Under the pieces are notes generated by a model that worked only from the letters and a program-made list of their open reading frames with translations, ran no database searches and was not told where the DNA came from. A DNA stretch of 62,081 nt, counting the filler, from Collodictyon triciliatum (lineage: Eukaryota): NCBI GenBank assembly GCA_043381765.1. It is 4 parts of 4 records of this genome, joined end to end, with 100 filler letters (N's around TTAATTAATTAA, not from the genome) between each part and the next. Parts side by side here need not be neighbours in the genome. Positions count along the whole stretch, not along the records: positions 34,974 to 52,398 come from JBHJMP010001461.1; 3 more parts are not named here. One strand, written 5' to 3'. This document shows positions 36,852 to 49,798 of the stretch, one piece after another (the stretch's first letter is position 1; each line of letters starts with the position of its first letter). A program made the position numbers and the translations under genes.

Positions 36852-39452
36852 AAATAATAAATAATAAATATAAATAAATAAAAGTGAGAATTTCAGACAG
36901 TGGTTAGCAGCGCACATTTAACATAAAACTAAGCTATTTGGTTGTTGATAAATATTACTCTCTAGTTCAGCCAACCGAGAGGCAAATGTTTTGTGTTGGA
37001 TGCAGAGGGAATGCATGCTCTTCAATTCTTTCTTTAAATTTTCGAGAAGTTCAATGTGTTTGGCTATGATTTGTATTGTCATCATTAAGTAAATTTGTTC
37101 CTGATTTATAACTGTTATGAACGTGGATATACAGCTCTCATATTTCGGGTTTATAACATAGATTTTAATGCCTATTTTTCTTCTTTATTATTATGTCCGA
37201 TTTTAATTTTACAAAAAAAAAAAAAAAAAAAAAATTGTATGTCCCCGCAAAAAAAAAAAAAAAAAATTACAATTTCTTCAAGAATAGAAGGAGAACATTA
37301 ATTTTCTCAAAGACTTACCAGAATCTTCCATACAACCCTTCAATTTGTAGAGGCTGCTCAAGGCTATTATTCAGTTATTAACATTATAGAAAAGATCATG
37401 TTAATTTAAATCATTTTAATCACAACATAATCCTCCGGAAGTTATTATTCTTTCATAGTACGAATACTCATAGAAGTTCATGTTGATCAGAAAAAAACAC
37501 AAGGCAAGAAATAAAATAGGGGAGCTGAAATAAGATAATTTATGCACCATCAAATTTGGTACTTCATTCAAGCGGTTCAGTAAGAAAGATACCTGATAGC
37601 CGTCTCAGCACAACAGCAAGATGTGTCCCTTCGATCTTTTTGTTTTTTGCTGCATGATTTAGTTTTTCATTCACATCGGCAGCGCTCTCATAGGCCAACT
37701 CATCTGCAACAGCAGGCCGAATCAGTCTTTCATAGTCAGCCAGCTCCTCTAGAATTTTACACCCTTGACAAACTTGACCATTCCCTTTCTCGACGCACTG
37801 AAAGTGTTTTCACATAGAAAATGATCAAGAAAAAAATCATAATGCTCGGAATGTTGAACAGATGATATTTTGACAGAAAGATGTGTATGCATATATAACA
37901 GAATTTATGAAAGCATTTTATCAAGATTTTTATCAAAAAAAAAAAATACAGACACGTGGGCATGATTCGCAACTTTCAATATACTCTTTTTTCGGATCGC
38001 TATAGCATATCTCTTTGAGAGAACGCATAGCTCTGTCTCGTTGTTCCGAGATACGCTGTAGACCTATTTTTTTGCCGACATGTTTCAAAGTTAAATCAAC
38101 AAGTCTAAATGCCACTGGCACCTCTTTTGATTTTGATGGATTAGAATGAAAAATATGTACTGAATTACCGATTATAGAGACATGAATCTCCAAATCGGTG
38201 GAACGTGTTCTCATATCTAACAGCACGAACATTTTCGGAAGAGTATAAATTAATTATAAAGGGTACTTGATTGAATAAGATGACCGATGCCAGATATATT
38301 TCGGGCACTCGAAAAGCCGGAGGACCCTGTCAAGCTTTTTGTCGTGAATGACGCAAGTTCTGTCTGAAGGTTTCTGATGAATTCGTCTGTAATATGTTTT
38401 CATTTTATTTTACTTGATTTTTTTTTATTATGAATGCTAAATGACTGACCAACAGTAATTAAGGAAAAATTTGAAATGCGTAATGTAAAGCGATTAAAAG
38501 ACATACCTTCGCCATCACACGAAGAAATATGAGACAGGACTCTCATCCACCAGATAGAAGGTATTTCCATTTGCCTCTGTGCGGTTGATTTTCATAAATA
38601 AAATAATATTAGTGAATTACTTTAAGAACACTGGCCGTGTTTAAGAGCATAAAGTAGACTAATTTGTATCAAACAGAATCGGCTATGGAATGAGAGTAAA
38701 AAAGGAAAAGAAAATAAACATACTTGTATTTCACTACTTTCCTCATCATATCTGGCCTGTTATATATATATATATATATATAATGATGTGAACATTTATT
38801 ACAGACATTTATGTGAAAATTGTATACTACAATATTCTGAAGTTTATATATGTATGAATAAAGGAAGACTTTGAACACTCACTTTGGCGTGAAGCCAAAA
38901 CGACTTTGATTCCTCAGTGTATGATAGCTTCAATGAATTTAACTGCTCCCTCAATTCTTCTGTTGGTAGAGGCTCATCGGCAAATGGATAGCTTTCAATC
39001 ACATCTAAGTTTTTGTTGAAAGTAAATGTAAAAATAATGACACATTGATCTTTTACTACGAAGCTAGAGAGATGGCAGATTAATTATGCACAACTCTTGA
39101 TAATCAAATTCTTTTCAAAAAAAAAAAAAGACAACTGTCTTGTCAATACACCTACCAATCATGTTATGGAGGATGTGGCATCGCTGAATTCCATCTATTT
39201 GGAAAGGAGCTCCATATTCATCGTTCAGCGAAAGCGTTTTCTTGTATAAACTTATGGCCTCTTTGTACTCCTACAACATTTTTTTTTTATTAAATAAAAA
39301 GTTTATCTCGAACCTTGAGAACGTAATACCGGCTAATCTGAGATATGTGCGATGTTTTCATGTATAATTTGCTTACTTTGCGAATTATGTTAATCGCGGC
39401 GATACCATTGTTGTTCATAACAATAACGCGAAGTTCCTCTTGAGATTCAGCC
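35188..39452 (-). CDS. SHPRH: SHPRH/Irc20-like SNF2-RING E3 ligase, internal fragment (helical region, RING, start of HELICc)
   Basis: AESQEELRVIVMNNNGIAAINIIRK|EYKEAISLYKKTL...DGIQRCHILHN resembles the SHPRH helical domain; RING CPVC...CGHTVCSPC...CPTCR; YGAKITAIVRCL...KCIVFSQ. Confidence 0.8.
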
Positions 39453-39972
39453 TATAAATATTTTATAGATTGATCACCAGTAGTATTATTCTTGTTTTTG
39501 TTTTTTTGTTTTTTTAGNNNNNNNNNNNNNNNNNNNNNNNNNNNNNNNNNNNNNNNNNNNNNNNNNNNNNNNNNNNNNNNNNNNNNNNNNNNNNNNNNNN
39601 NNNNNNNNNNNNNNNNNNNNNNNNNNNNNNNNNNNNNNNNNNNNNNNNNNNNNNNNNNNNNNNNNNNNNNNNNNNNNNNNNNNNNNNNNNNNNNNNNNNN
39701 NNNNNNNNNNNNNNNNNNNNNNNNNNNNNNNNNGCAACACAGTCACATCACAGACACTTTATGCGCCTTTGACTTCGGCCACCCGAGTTTTGTCCCAGGA
39801 GGTGAGCCCCAGAGTGGCCATACTAAACTGCGCCGTGGCAGAAAACGCACTCCTCACTCTGTTCGGAAAACCAACGAACTGTTGTCTTTGATCGCTCCCT
39901 CTCTCTTCTTCCTCGCCCACAAAGTGATCCGATCAAACACTGCAATTCTCCTTCTCTTTTCGCAGGAGGCCG

Positions 39973-42549
39973 ATGCAACAGGATCCCTCTGCATATGTGG
40001 TCGACCCTGCTGCAGACTACTTCGCATCACCGCCGCTCTATCGCATTCCACCGCACGACATAGTCTTTGAAGAGCTGCTCAGCACCAATCCCTTTGGCGA
40101 CCTGCGCAGATGCACCTGGAACAAAAGCACAGCAACCGCACGAACTTTGCGATTTGTTGCCCCGAGCGAAGCGCACTTGCTTTCGAAAACCCAGCAACAA
40201 ACCCAGCAGCAGCAACAACAACAACAACAACAACAACAAAGCCAAGTCCAAGCCCAACCTCACCATCCAACTCAGAGTCAACCCCGTCCGCAGAACGCAA
40301 GCCACACTGCAAGTCAGGCTGTTCCAAAGGAGGCCAAGGAGCTTCGCAAAATGCCACTGCGCGAATACGTGTCTGTGCTGACGCGTGTGCGGGACATTTC
40401 GCACCCAAACATCCTGCCAATCTACGGGATTGTGGAGGCCGAGCAGCACGTCCACGTGGTGACCGAGTATGTGGATGGTGGACATCTGCGCGCGCTGCTC
40501 GATGCAACAAAGAGCCGTCTGTCTTGGCACCTCTTTTTCCGCTACGCCCTACAGATATCCTGCATCCTCGAGAATCTGCATGCAGAGCATTCGCACCTTC
40601 CTTACCGCGAGCTGCGGTCCGAAAACATCTACATCATCCAGGCATGTGCCAAGTTGGCCGACTGCGGCTTCTTTCGGCTGCCGGACGACACGGGTACCGC
40701 AAACAAACACTCGGTCACGATTCTGTCGCAGCCAAACTATAGTCCACCCGAGTGCTTCAACCTGGGCTCTGTGCGCGGCCGCCACGTGGGCGAGAAGTCG
40801 GACGTCTATATCTACGCCATGATTCTCTGGGAAATGGCGACGGGTCAGTATCCCTTCCACACATTCTCTCCGTCCAAAATTATGGGCAAGGTCACCAAAG
40901 GCACGCGGCCAACAATCCCTGCAGCTGTCCCGAAGGGCCTCTCGGACTTTATCCGCCTGTGCTGGCATCAGGACCCGGCAAAGAGGCCGACTTTCCAGAA
41001 GGTCACACAGACCCTCAAAAGCATCCGCGATTCCACACCCGAATTTGCGCAGGATTCTTCTATCCCAGTTGTTGTGCACGATGTAGGCGACCTTGTTGCT
41101 GGTTCAACCGGCCCAAGCGGCAATGCAGCCGCACGAGTGCGCAGGCCAGAACCGGTTGCACACATGGCTGATATTTTCCGCTCGTCCAGCATCCCAGAGT
41201 ACATTGTGCGCCTGTTTACTAGACAAGGTGTCGACCTGAAAAGGTTCATCCGGATTCTGCCGGACGAGTTCACCGCGCACCCGTTTGACCTCTCGCTCTT
41301 CTTCTCCTACCGCCTCCTGAAGCTGCAGACGAAACTCATTTCCGAGTGTATCACAGAGGTTCTGCAGGAGCCGCATGACAAGCTCACGCTCCCGCACATC
41401 TGCGACATACACACCTCCCTCATGGCCTGCCTCGAGAAATACCCGACCTTCATCGTAAACATCCTCATCGTGCGCGAGGTCTACATCCACTATCCCGGCC
41501 TGATTCCATACCCGCGCGACCGCGACATCTATGCCGACCTGATGAACGATATCAAAAAGAGCGATCCGAGGAGCAGACAGGAGTCGCGCGAGTTTCTCAA
41601 GAGGCTCAACGAGGAGGCCCGCGAAATCCGGGCTATGAATAACTCTCTCAGCGTCGTTGTCTACGGCAACTTCCTCCATCACGTGGACGACAACGTGCAA
41701 GGTGCATTTGAGTGCTATAAATACTCTGCAGAGGCCGGAAACTCCTTTGCCCAGCACCATCTGGCCACCTGCTACTACTACGGCCACGGCACCGACAAGG
41801 ACCATGCAAAGGCCTTCTCGTGGTTCCAGAAGGCTGCCGAGCAGGACCACATCTATGCCCTGTACTACCAAGGCGTCTGCTACTCGCACGGCCACGGCGA
41901 GCCAGAAAACCTGGGCCAGGCCTACATCTGCTACCGCAAAGCAGCCGAGTATCGCCACCCTTACGCTCAAAACAACTTGGCATACTGCTTCCAGTACAAC
42001 CGCGGCGTGGCCAGAAACTATGCAGACGCGTTTGCCTGGTACAAGAAGGCTGCCGAGATGGGGAATGCGTGCGCCCAGTACAACACAGCCCTCTGCTACA
42101 AGGCTGGAAGGGGTGTTGACAAGAATCCGGAGGAGGCCGCAAAGTCCCTACTGAAGGCCTCCATGCAAGGCCACACGCACGCACAGAACAACCTGGGCTG
42201 CATCTACGAGCACGGCCGCGGCGTGGAAAGGGACTTTGCAAAGGCTGTCTTTTGGTACCGCACCGCGGCTGAGCGCAACAACCCACAGGCACAGTTTAAC
42301 CTCGGACTCTGCTACGAACACGGGCGGGGAGTTGATGCGAACTACGTGGAGGCGGCAGAGTGGTACAAGCTGGCGGCCAAGCAAGGCGATATGCTGGCTC
42401 AGGCAAATCTTGGAGACTTTTTCGAGGAGGGCAAAGGTGTTCCAAAGGACAGGACAGAGGCCATTCGGCTCTTCAAGATGGCTGCTGCGCGAGGGAATGC
42501 GTATGCGAAGTATGCCCTGGCCCGTTTGGAGGGCTCGAAGATGGTGTAA
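39973..42549 (+). CDS. Intronless TKL-like (pseudo)kinase + SAM-like segment + ~8 SEL1 repeats, 858 aa
   Basis: HPNILPIYG, VVTEY, KSDVYIYAMILWEMATG, CWHQDPAKRPTF; SEL1 repeats such as AQNNLGCIYEHGRGVERDFAKAVFWYRTAAE. Confidence 0.92.
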   Translation: MQQDPSAYVVDPAADYFASPPLYRIPPHDIVFEELLSTNPFGDLRRCTWNKSTATARTLRFVAPSEAHLLSKTQQQTQQQQQQQQQQQQSQVQAQPHHPTQSQPRPQNASHTASQAVPKEAKELRKMPLREYVSVLTRVRDISHPNILPIYGIVEAEQHVHVVTEYVDGGHLRALLDATKSRLSWHLFFRYALQISCILENLHAEHSHLPYRELRSENIYIIQACAKLADCGFFRLPDDTGTANKHSVTILSQPNYSPPECFNLGSVRGRHVGEKSDVYIYAMILWEMATGQYPFHTFSPSKIMGKVTKGTRPTIPAAVPKGLSDFIRLCWHQDPAKRPTFQKVTQTLKSIRDSTPEFAQDSSIPVVVHDVGDLVAGSTGPSGNAAARVRRPEPVAHMADIFRSSSIPEYIVRLFTRQGVDLKRFIRILPDEFTAHPFDLSLFFSYRLLKLQTKLISECITEVLQEPHDKLTLPHICDIHTSLMACLEKYPTFIVNILIVREVYIHYPGLIPYPRDRDIYADLMNDIKKSDPRSRQESREFLKRLNEEAREIRAMNNSLSVVVYGNFLHHVDDNVQGAFECYKYSAEAGNSFAQHHLATCYYYGHGTDKDHAKAFSWFQKAAEQDHIYALYYQGVCYSHGHGEPENLGQAYICYRKAAEYRHPYAQNNLAYCFQYNRGVARNYADAFAWYKKAAEMGNACAQYNTALCYKAGRGVDKNPEEAAKSLLKASMQGHTHAQNNLGCIYEHGRGVERDFAKAVFWYRTAAERNNPQAQFNLGLCYEHGRGVDANYVEAAEWYKLAAKQGDMLAQANLGDFFEEGKGVPKDRTEAIRLFKMAAARGNAYAKYALARLEGSKMV

Positions 42550-43052
42550 GTGAACCCCCTAATTTTTTCTTATTTTGTTGGTTAGTTTATCTTGATATTT
42601 TTTGTGGGGGTTATTTTGGTTTTTGCGCATGACGAGATAATCCCATAAGAAAAAAAAATATGTAAGCATAAAGCGTTTGTAGAAAGTAAATTCTTTCTCT
42701 ACTCTGTGTATATTTCTTTGCGCACCCAAATACGATGACGCCAGCCATCGCAATGCAAGCATGCTGGGTTTGGATCAAAACCATGTGGCGGTTCGCAAAT
42801 AATACAGAAGCAGAGATAACGGAGAATACAAACTGCAAATCAGCGCCTCACACAGATTTCTCGCGGCATCACAGACACATCAGATTTTGACGGATTGAAT
42901 TGAAATAAACAAAAATTGGACTTGAGGATAATGCTATACGTAATTGTGGATAAAATGGAGAATGAAAAGGAAGGATTTTGGCATCCACTATTTTCTCTTT
43001 TTTTTTCTTTTTTTTTCTTTTTTTTCTTTTTTTTCTTTTTTTTTCTTTTTTT

Positions 43053-43089
<37 letters not shown>

Positions 43090-43546
43090 CTTTTTTCTTC
43101 TTTTCCTTTTTTCTTTTTCTTCTTTTCTTCTTTTCTTTTTTCCTTCATTTGTCCAGAGATAGAACCAGGGACACAACCCAACCACAAGGCCAACTCAGGG
43201 CTCGATGAATCTGGGATTAATGGAGCCCCAAACTATTCATTAATTCTGCATAAATGTGGGAATATTTTGGACGCACACAGGATTTTCCTTTTTGCGCAGA
43301 AATGCGTTTGGCTGCAGCGTTTCTCGTTCCTTCGACTGGGTTCTGCTTCGGCCTTCGGTGGTCGGGAATGAGTCAATTAGGCCTTTGCCTTTTGCTTTGT
43401 GCTGTTTTGTCGCTGCTGTCGATCGCCGACGAAAACCAATACCAAAGCTGTGGCTAATTACTTGTTCTTTCTTTTCCTATGAGGGCGTCCTTTTGGGCTT
43501 TATCTCTAGTCATGAGAGCTTTTTTTTTTTGTTTGTTTTTTATTTT

Positions 43547-43630
<84 letters not shown>

Positions 43631-44004
43631 NNNNNNNNNNNNNNNNNNNNNNNNNNNNNNNNNNNNNNNNNNNNNNNNNNNNNNNNNNNNNNNNNNNNNN
43701 NNNNNNNNNNNNNNNNNNNNNNNNNNNNNNNNNNNNNNNNNNNNNNNNNNNNNNNNNNNNNNNNNNNNNNNNNNNNNNNNNNNNNNNNNNNNNNNNNNNN
43801 NNNNNNNNNNNNNNNNNNNNNNNNNNNNNNNNNNNNNNNNNNNNNNNNNNNNNNNNNNNNNNNNNNNNNNNNNNNNNNNNNNNNNNNNNNNNNNNNNNNN
43901 NNNNNNNNNNNNNNNNNNNNNNNNNNNNNNNNNNNNNNNNNNNNNNNNNNNNNNNNNNNNNNNNNNNNNNNNNNNNNNNNNNNNNNNNNNNNNNNNNNNN
44001 NNNN

Positions 44005-46629
44005 NTCGCAAGGAAGAAATGAAGATTTCGCGCGAGATAAAGATTCTCCTTCTTGGTCAGTTTTGATATTGCGTAATTTACATCATTGAGTTGACTTGTC
44101 ACTCTTTATTTTATTCTACACAACCTTTTAACGAAACATTTTTCGTCTTCTATTTTGACAGAAAAAAAATAGTTTTATGTGTATATATATATTTATTTAT
44201 TTGCAACTACAATACTTTTGTGTGGTATCCGGTTCATTGTAACTTTCACATCCTTTCATTCGCCCTAATTGCTATTCGGGCAGGCGCTGGTGAGTCTGGC
44301 AAGAGCACAATTTTGAAGCAGATGAAACTTGTCTATGGAGTCGGATTCACGAGAGAATATGTACTGGACCACAGAGCTCATGTTTACACAAACATATACG
44401 AATGTGCAAAGTCGCTTGTGAAAGGCTGTGAACAACTACGAATCACGATTCAAAACTCTGACAATCTGGTATGCCTTTTCATACTCTCCGTTATGACTCC
44501 ATCTTGAATGTATGCGTGGCATGTGTGTTTCTTTTATCTGGGTATTCACAGAGCATCCCTTTCGATATTAGGTATTTTCTCAGCAACTAATGTCGCAGCC
44601 AATTATAAATCAGGATGACGTTCCAGAGGTTCGTTCATGTGTTTGTATTGATGATGAATGTATGAATCGTATTTCCGTGAGCTGCTTATTTATATGTGTG
44701 GTATCATTGATTTCTCGCGCAGACGCTATCAAAGATTGAGAAGTTATGGACCGATCCGGGAATAAAAGAAGCTTTTTCGAGATCAAACGAGTACCAGATT
44801 GGGGATTCGAGTGAATAGTATATAATCTCTCAGTCATTATTTGTTTCTTTCATTGAAGCGTATATTTCTTTGTAGTAAATGTCTTTATGCTGATCGTTAT
44901 TTTAATTATATGCACCCCCCTTTATTCATTTGTTTATTTTGTATTATAGTTTTATGAGTCATATACCGCGGTACAAGAATCCAGAATTTGTGCCCACCGA
45001 GGAGGTTTCTTATCTTTATCTTCATTATGCGACTGGAGTATTTTATTTTTTTATTTGAATTCAAAAGAAAAGTATGCCTTGTAAAGAAAAAAAGAAGAGA
45101 TAATCTAAAAAATACTTCAATCAAGGATGTCCTCCGAACACGCGTTGCTACTTCGGGTATTACAGAGAATTTCTTTAACATAGACAGGAACGTATTCAGG
45201 TACGTTCACCTTTTTCTCGTTTGTAAGTTTGTCTCTTTTGTCTTCTCATTTGCCCTTTTTGTCTCTTTTTGTCCTTTTTTTCCCCCTTTAAGACACCGAC
45301 TGAGAGACTAAATGTAAGTTTGGTATTACTATATAGAATTGTTGATGTCGGAGGTCAGCGAAGTGAACGAAAAAAGTGGCTCTCCTGTTTTCACGATGTC
45401 ACATGTGTTCTTTTTGTCGTATCTATCAGCGAGTACCTTTTTTTTCTGTTTTCAAGAACCCTTACATTGTTTTTATGATTCATTTGCATGTGTATAATCT
45501 CATTTTGAAATGATGTAATTTTAGTATAAAAATAATAATGATAATTAAACTTTTTTTGGCTCTCACAATTTTTAGTTCTTCAGTTGGTTTTCTATCTTTT
45601 CGCTCTATAATTGCTGTGCGATTCAAATTATGAATAATTTGTATAGATTTGACCAGGTTTTGTTTGAAGATTCACGCACTAACAGAATTCTGGAATCGCT
45701 TCAATTATTCAAGGATATTTGTGAAAACAGATGGTATTAAAAAATGCATATCATAATTCTTTTGCTATTAATTGAGTTTTATTTTGATTAAACCTTTGTA
45801 TAAAACAAAGAGATATTACCTTATTTACATTTCTTCAATACGAATTCAATAGGTTCACCAATACTCCAATCATATTATTTTTGAACAAGAAAGACATATT
45901 CCAGAGGAAAATTGAAAGCGGAAAGGACATTCGTATTGCTTTTCCAGAATATGAAGGTTGTCAACGTCTATCAGATGATTTCTTTTTATCCGCCTTGCAA
46001 AACATGTAATCATATTTGTCTATTCCTTTGAATTCAATGATGAGCTGCACATGATTTATGTATGAATATAATAACCAGGAAGTACGTCTTTTGAGGAAAC
46101 GACTACCTACATCGAGAAGCAGTTTTTGAATTTCAATAAGTAATCCTTCAAGTTTTACGGATTTTTCGTGTCTTTTATGATGTCTTTTATGATGTCTTTT
46201 ATGATGTCTTTTATGATGTCTCATATGCTAATCCCTATTCAAACACCAACGCAGGCATCCAACCCGTGAAATTTTTGTGAAGGTATATTTACGTTTTGCT
46301 GATAAACTCTGCAACGTTCTTTTCTTTTTTCTTTTTTCTTTTTTCTTTTTTCTTTTTTCTTTTTTCTTTTTTCTTTTTTCTTTTTTCTTTTTTCTTTTTT
46401 CTTTTTTCTTTTTTCTTTTTTCTTTGATACGAATGGTTGCATTCTGGTTCGCACACCTAGAAAGATATTGACTCCATCCATGACAATACATATTATGCTG
46501 CAAGAAAACAAACATCGCCTATTTATTGTACAGATTTCGTGTGCAACAGACACAAACTACATGAGGTATGCACTCAACGCGGTCAAAGTGATTATCATCC
46601 AAAAGAAGCTCGAAACTGCCGGGTTCTGA
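44005..46629 (+). CDS. Heterotrimeric G protein alpha subunit, multi-exon; N-terminus probably lost in gap 43631-44004
   Basis: [50 protein letters not shown]; stop TGA 46627-46629. Confidence 0.96.
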
Positions 46630-47045
46630 AAGAAAAAGAAGCTGGAAGAAAAAACTGGCCACTGTCGCAACTCACACAACTGTTACTCCTTTCTTTTTTT
46701 TTATTTTTACACTCTCGATTCTTTTGTGCACTTTCTTCCCTTTTTTTTTATATTCCTTTTCCTTTATTTTTATTTTTATTTTTATTTTATTTTTTTTATT
46801 CCTATTTACTGTTCGCGTGCTGCTATTTTCTTGCGTTTCTTCCAAGTGACTTTCAAAACACATCGAAGCCTTTCATTTCACGTTAATTAATACTGTTATT
46901 CGAATCGAAAACATGAGACTGAATAAACAAAGAAAGAAAGAAAAAAACGCCCCAAAAGCCGTCTCTTCGCTCTAAAAAGCCCGATCGTTCTATCCCCGTC
47001 TTTGTTCCCGACTGTAAGTTGTAGGCTCAGCGTTGCCTTTCTAGA

Positions 47046-49228
47046 ATGCCGCTTTCTGACTGGATGGGTTTGTCTTTGATTATTTTTTTTAATCTTTTAT
47101 TTCACTCTTATTTCACTCTTTTATTTCACTCTTTTATTTCACTCTTTTATTTCACTCTTTTATTTCACTCTTTTATTTCACTCTTTTATTTCACTCTTTT
47201 ATTTCACTCTTTTATGATATTCTTTTATGATATTCTTTTATGATATTCTTTTATGATATTCTTTTATGATATTCTTTTATGATATTCTTTTATGATATTC
47301 CTTTCCCTATCGACAATAATTGGTATCATAATCCCATTAAACCCTTTGTGACGCCCACCTCCACGCGCTAGTAAATGCTCTTTCGGGAGGCTTGGCGGGC
47401 GCCTCTGTGGACTTTGTGCTGTTCCCTTTGGACACCATCAAAACCCGACTGCAATCGGCTCAGCCAAGTGCCGTTCCACGCAGGTTCATTGACGCACAGA
47501 TAAGTTTGCACTCATCGGCATATGCGCTCATGCGACTCTACACAGCTTTTACTCGGGTCTCTTTTCTGCAATGGCCGGCTCTTTCCCATCGGCAGCGATG
47601 TTCTTTACTGTATATGAAATGTCAAAAAAGAATCTTGAGCCCCGCGTTCCGGAGCACTTTGTTCCTGCACTGAGCGCGACCATCGCAGATGTAGCAACTT
47701 GCTGTGTTCGTGTGCCTTTTGAAGGTTGGCTGAATTCATCGTCAACCAACTTTGTAGTCAGTTCCTTTTATATATCTAATTTTCATGTAATAATACATAT
47801 GCGCATATTGATATATATGTGTGTGTTTTTATATATCTTTTTTTTCCTTTATTCGATTCAAGTGTATTTATATATCTGAATTCATGTCTTTCATGTTTGT
47901 TTGTTTGTTTGTTTGTTTGTTTGTTTGTTTGTTTGTTTGTTTGTTTGTTTGTTTGTTTGTTTGTTTGTTTGTTTGTTTGTTTGTTTGTTTTACAGTTCTT
48001 TCATGGTTATCCCACTTTTTTTCTTTCTTGTTTTAACCAATCCGTGTAAACCTGGCCGTCGCCTCGTAGTTGTGAAGCAACGTATGCAAGTTGGACTCCA
48101 TAAAACAACGATGGAGGCAGTTAGGTCTATCATTCAAGCAGAAGGCTTTCGCGGACTCTACCGAGGCTACACATCCACCGGTTCGGTTCTATCAGAATCC
48201 TTTGCAAATACTATCATCTCGCAAGATGGTAGTAATGCCACCTTTTTTTTTCTGTTTTCTGTTTTCTGTTTTCTGTTTTCTGTTTTCTGTTTTCTGTTTT
48301 CTGTTTTCTGTTTTCTGTTTTCTGTTTTCTGTTTTCTGTTTTCTGTTTTCTGTTTTCTATTATCAGGCCCATTTATTTAGTCGCCCGTGAGATTCCGTTC
48401 GATGCTATTGAATTTCTACTCTACGAGAATGTAAAAAAGTACTGGGCGAAGAGACTCGACCGCAAATGTAATTTCAGAATTATTCTTTGATGCATTTTCA
48501 TCAACCACTCTCCGCATCTCGCTATTCTTTTGGATTTGTTTGAGAGAAAAAAAAACATGGCCTTTATTGAAACGCGTTCCTCATGCATATGTCTATGTCT
48601 ATTCTTATATTTATTCCTACGTGTGAATGTGTAAATGTGTGAATGTATGAATATGTGAATGTATTCAAGTGACGCCACAAGAAAGTTCATTGGTTGGGTG
48701 CATGGCTGGCGGATTTGCAGCTGCGGTCACGACGCCGCTGGACGTAGTGAAGACCCGTCTGATGACACAGAGCCTCAACACAGATTCATCAAAGAAGAAA
48801 TATACCGGCGTTTTCCACGCTCTGAGGACGATATATGTGTAATGCTTTGCGTGATTTTCTCCCTTTTCGTTTATTATTATTATTATTATTATTATCCATT
48901 ATCATTATCATTTTTATTTGAAAATATACTTATTCCGTTTGGTTCATCGGATGTCTCACGGATATGCCACAATTGTTTGTGGCTCTTTCTTTCGCGTCGT
49001 GTGCATATTTCTCTTTCATTCGTGTAGCTTCGGGTTACTTATTGTATTTTATTTTAACGTAATTACAGTGAAGAGGGGTTTCTGAACCTGTTCAAGGGGA
49101 TTGGGCCGCGCGTTGCATGGATTAGCTTAGGCGGCTCCATATTTTTCGGCGTCTACGAATTCTCCAAAGCACATCTTCTCTCTGATACATCGCAGACTCA
49201 CCCAAAGTCAGAAGCAAAGAATGAATGA
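47046..49228 (+). CDS. SLC25A26: Mitochondrial S-adenosylmethionine carrier (SLC25A26/PET8-like), 7 exons
   Basis: [74 protein letters not shown]. Confidence 0.9.
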
Positions 49229-49798
49229 GGTGTTGGTTGGATGCAGAAAGAAGGCGCACTCAATTTTGAAGAAAAGAATGATATAAAGTCTCCGTATTCG
49301 GGATATGGTTTATAATTTTATTATAATTCAGAAAATAAAAGAGAGCTCAGAGATACTGAAATATGCTGTACCATGTTAAGTTGGTTTGATTTTGGCTCCT
49401 TATTTTCTTTTCTTTGTGTTTATTCAATCCTAGTTCATTTTTTTTTCTGTGTCCTTGGATAATTTTTTTATGATTTGAAAAAAAAAAATCAGACTCATTT
49501 TTGGCTATCTACTCAGCATCCTAGTTATTATTAAGGGGATAGTGAATGTTTGTGAATTATAATCATCACGACATTTAATAATCAAAAATACCATTTATAT
49601 ATAAGGTTGTAGCGTAATACAAATAAATAAAAATTATCATTGCACTCTAATTTAAATGTAAAACAGTATATCGTAATGGCGATAATAAACTGCATATTTC
49701 ACTTTGCTACCGCCTCCGCCATACTACTTTGATAAAAAAAAATCTTGCACACAGAATTTGCTCAAACAATATACACATCGAATCTGACAATGCAAATA

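Noticed and set aside
37360-37592. SHPRH intron with GTATCTTT donor as a possible U12 intron
   Set aside because: Donor mismatches the consensus and no U12 branch site is present
40027-42384. Antisense and alternative-frame ORFs over the kinase-SEL1 gene (likewise over ACADM and NBR1-like)
   Set aside because: Shadow ORFs caused by high GC3 codon usage
43323-43372. Hairpin upstream of the G-alpha gene
   Set aside because: Single modest stem, no snoRNA or tRNA motifs; insufficient support
43256-44102. ORFs spanning N runs (also 39486-40070 and 53098-54067)
   Set aside because: Artefacts of translating assembly gaps
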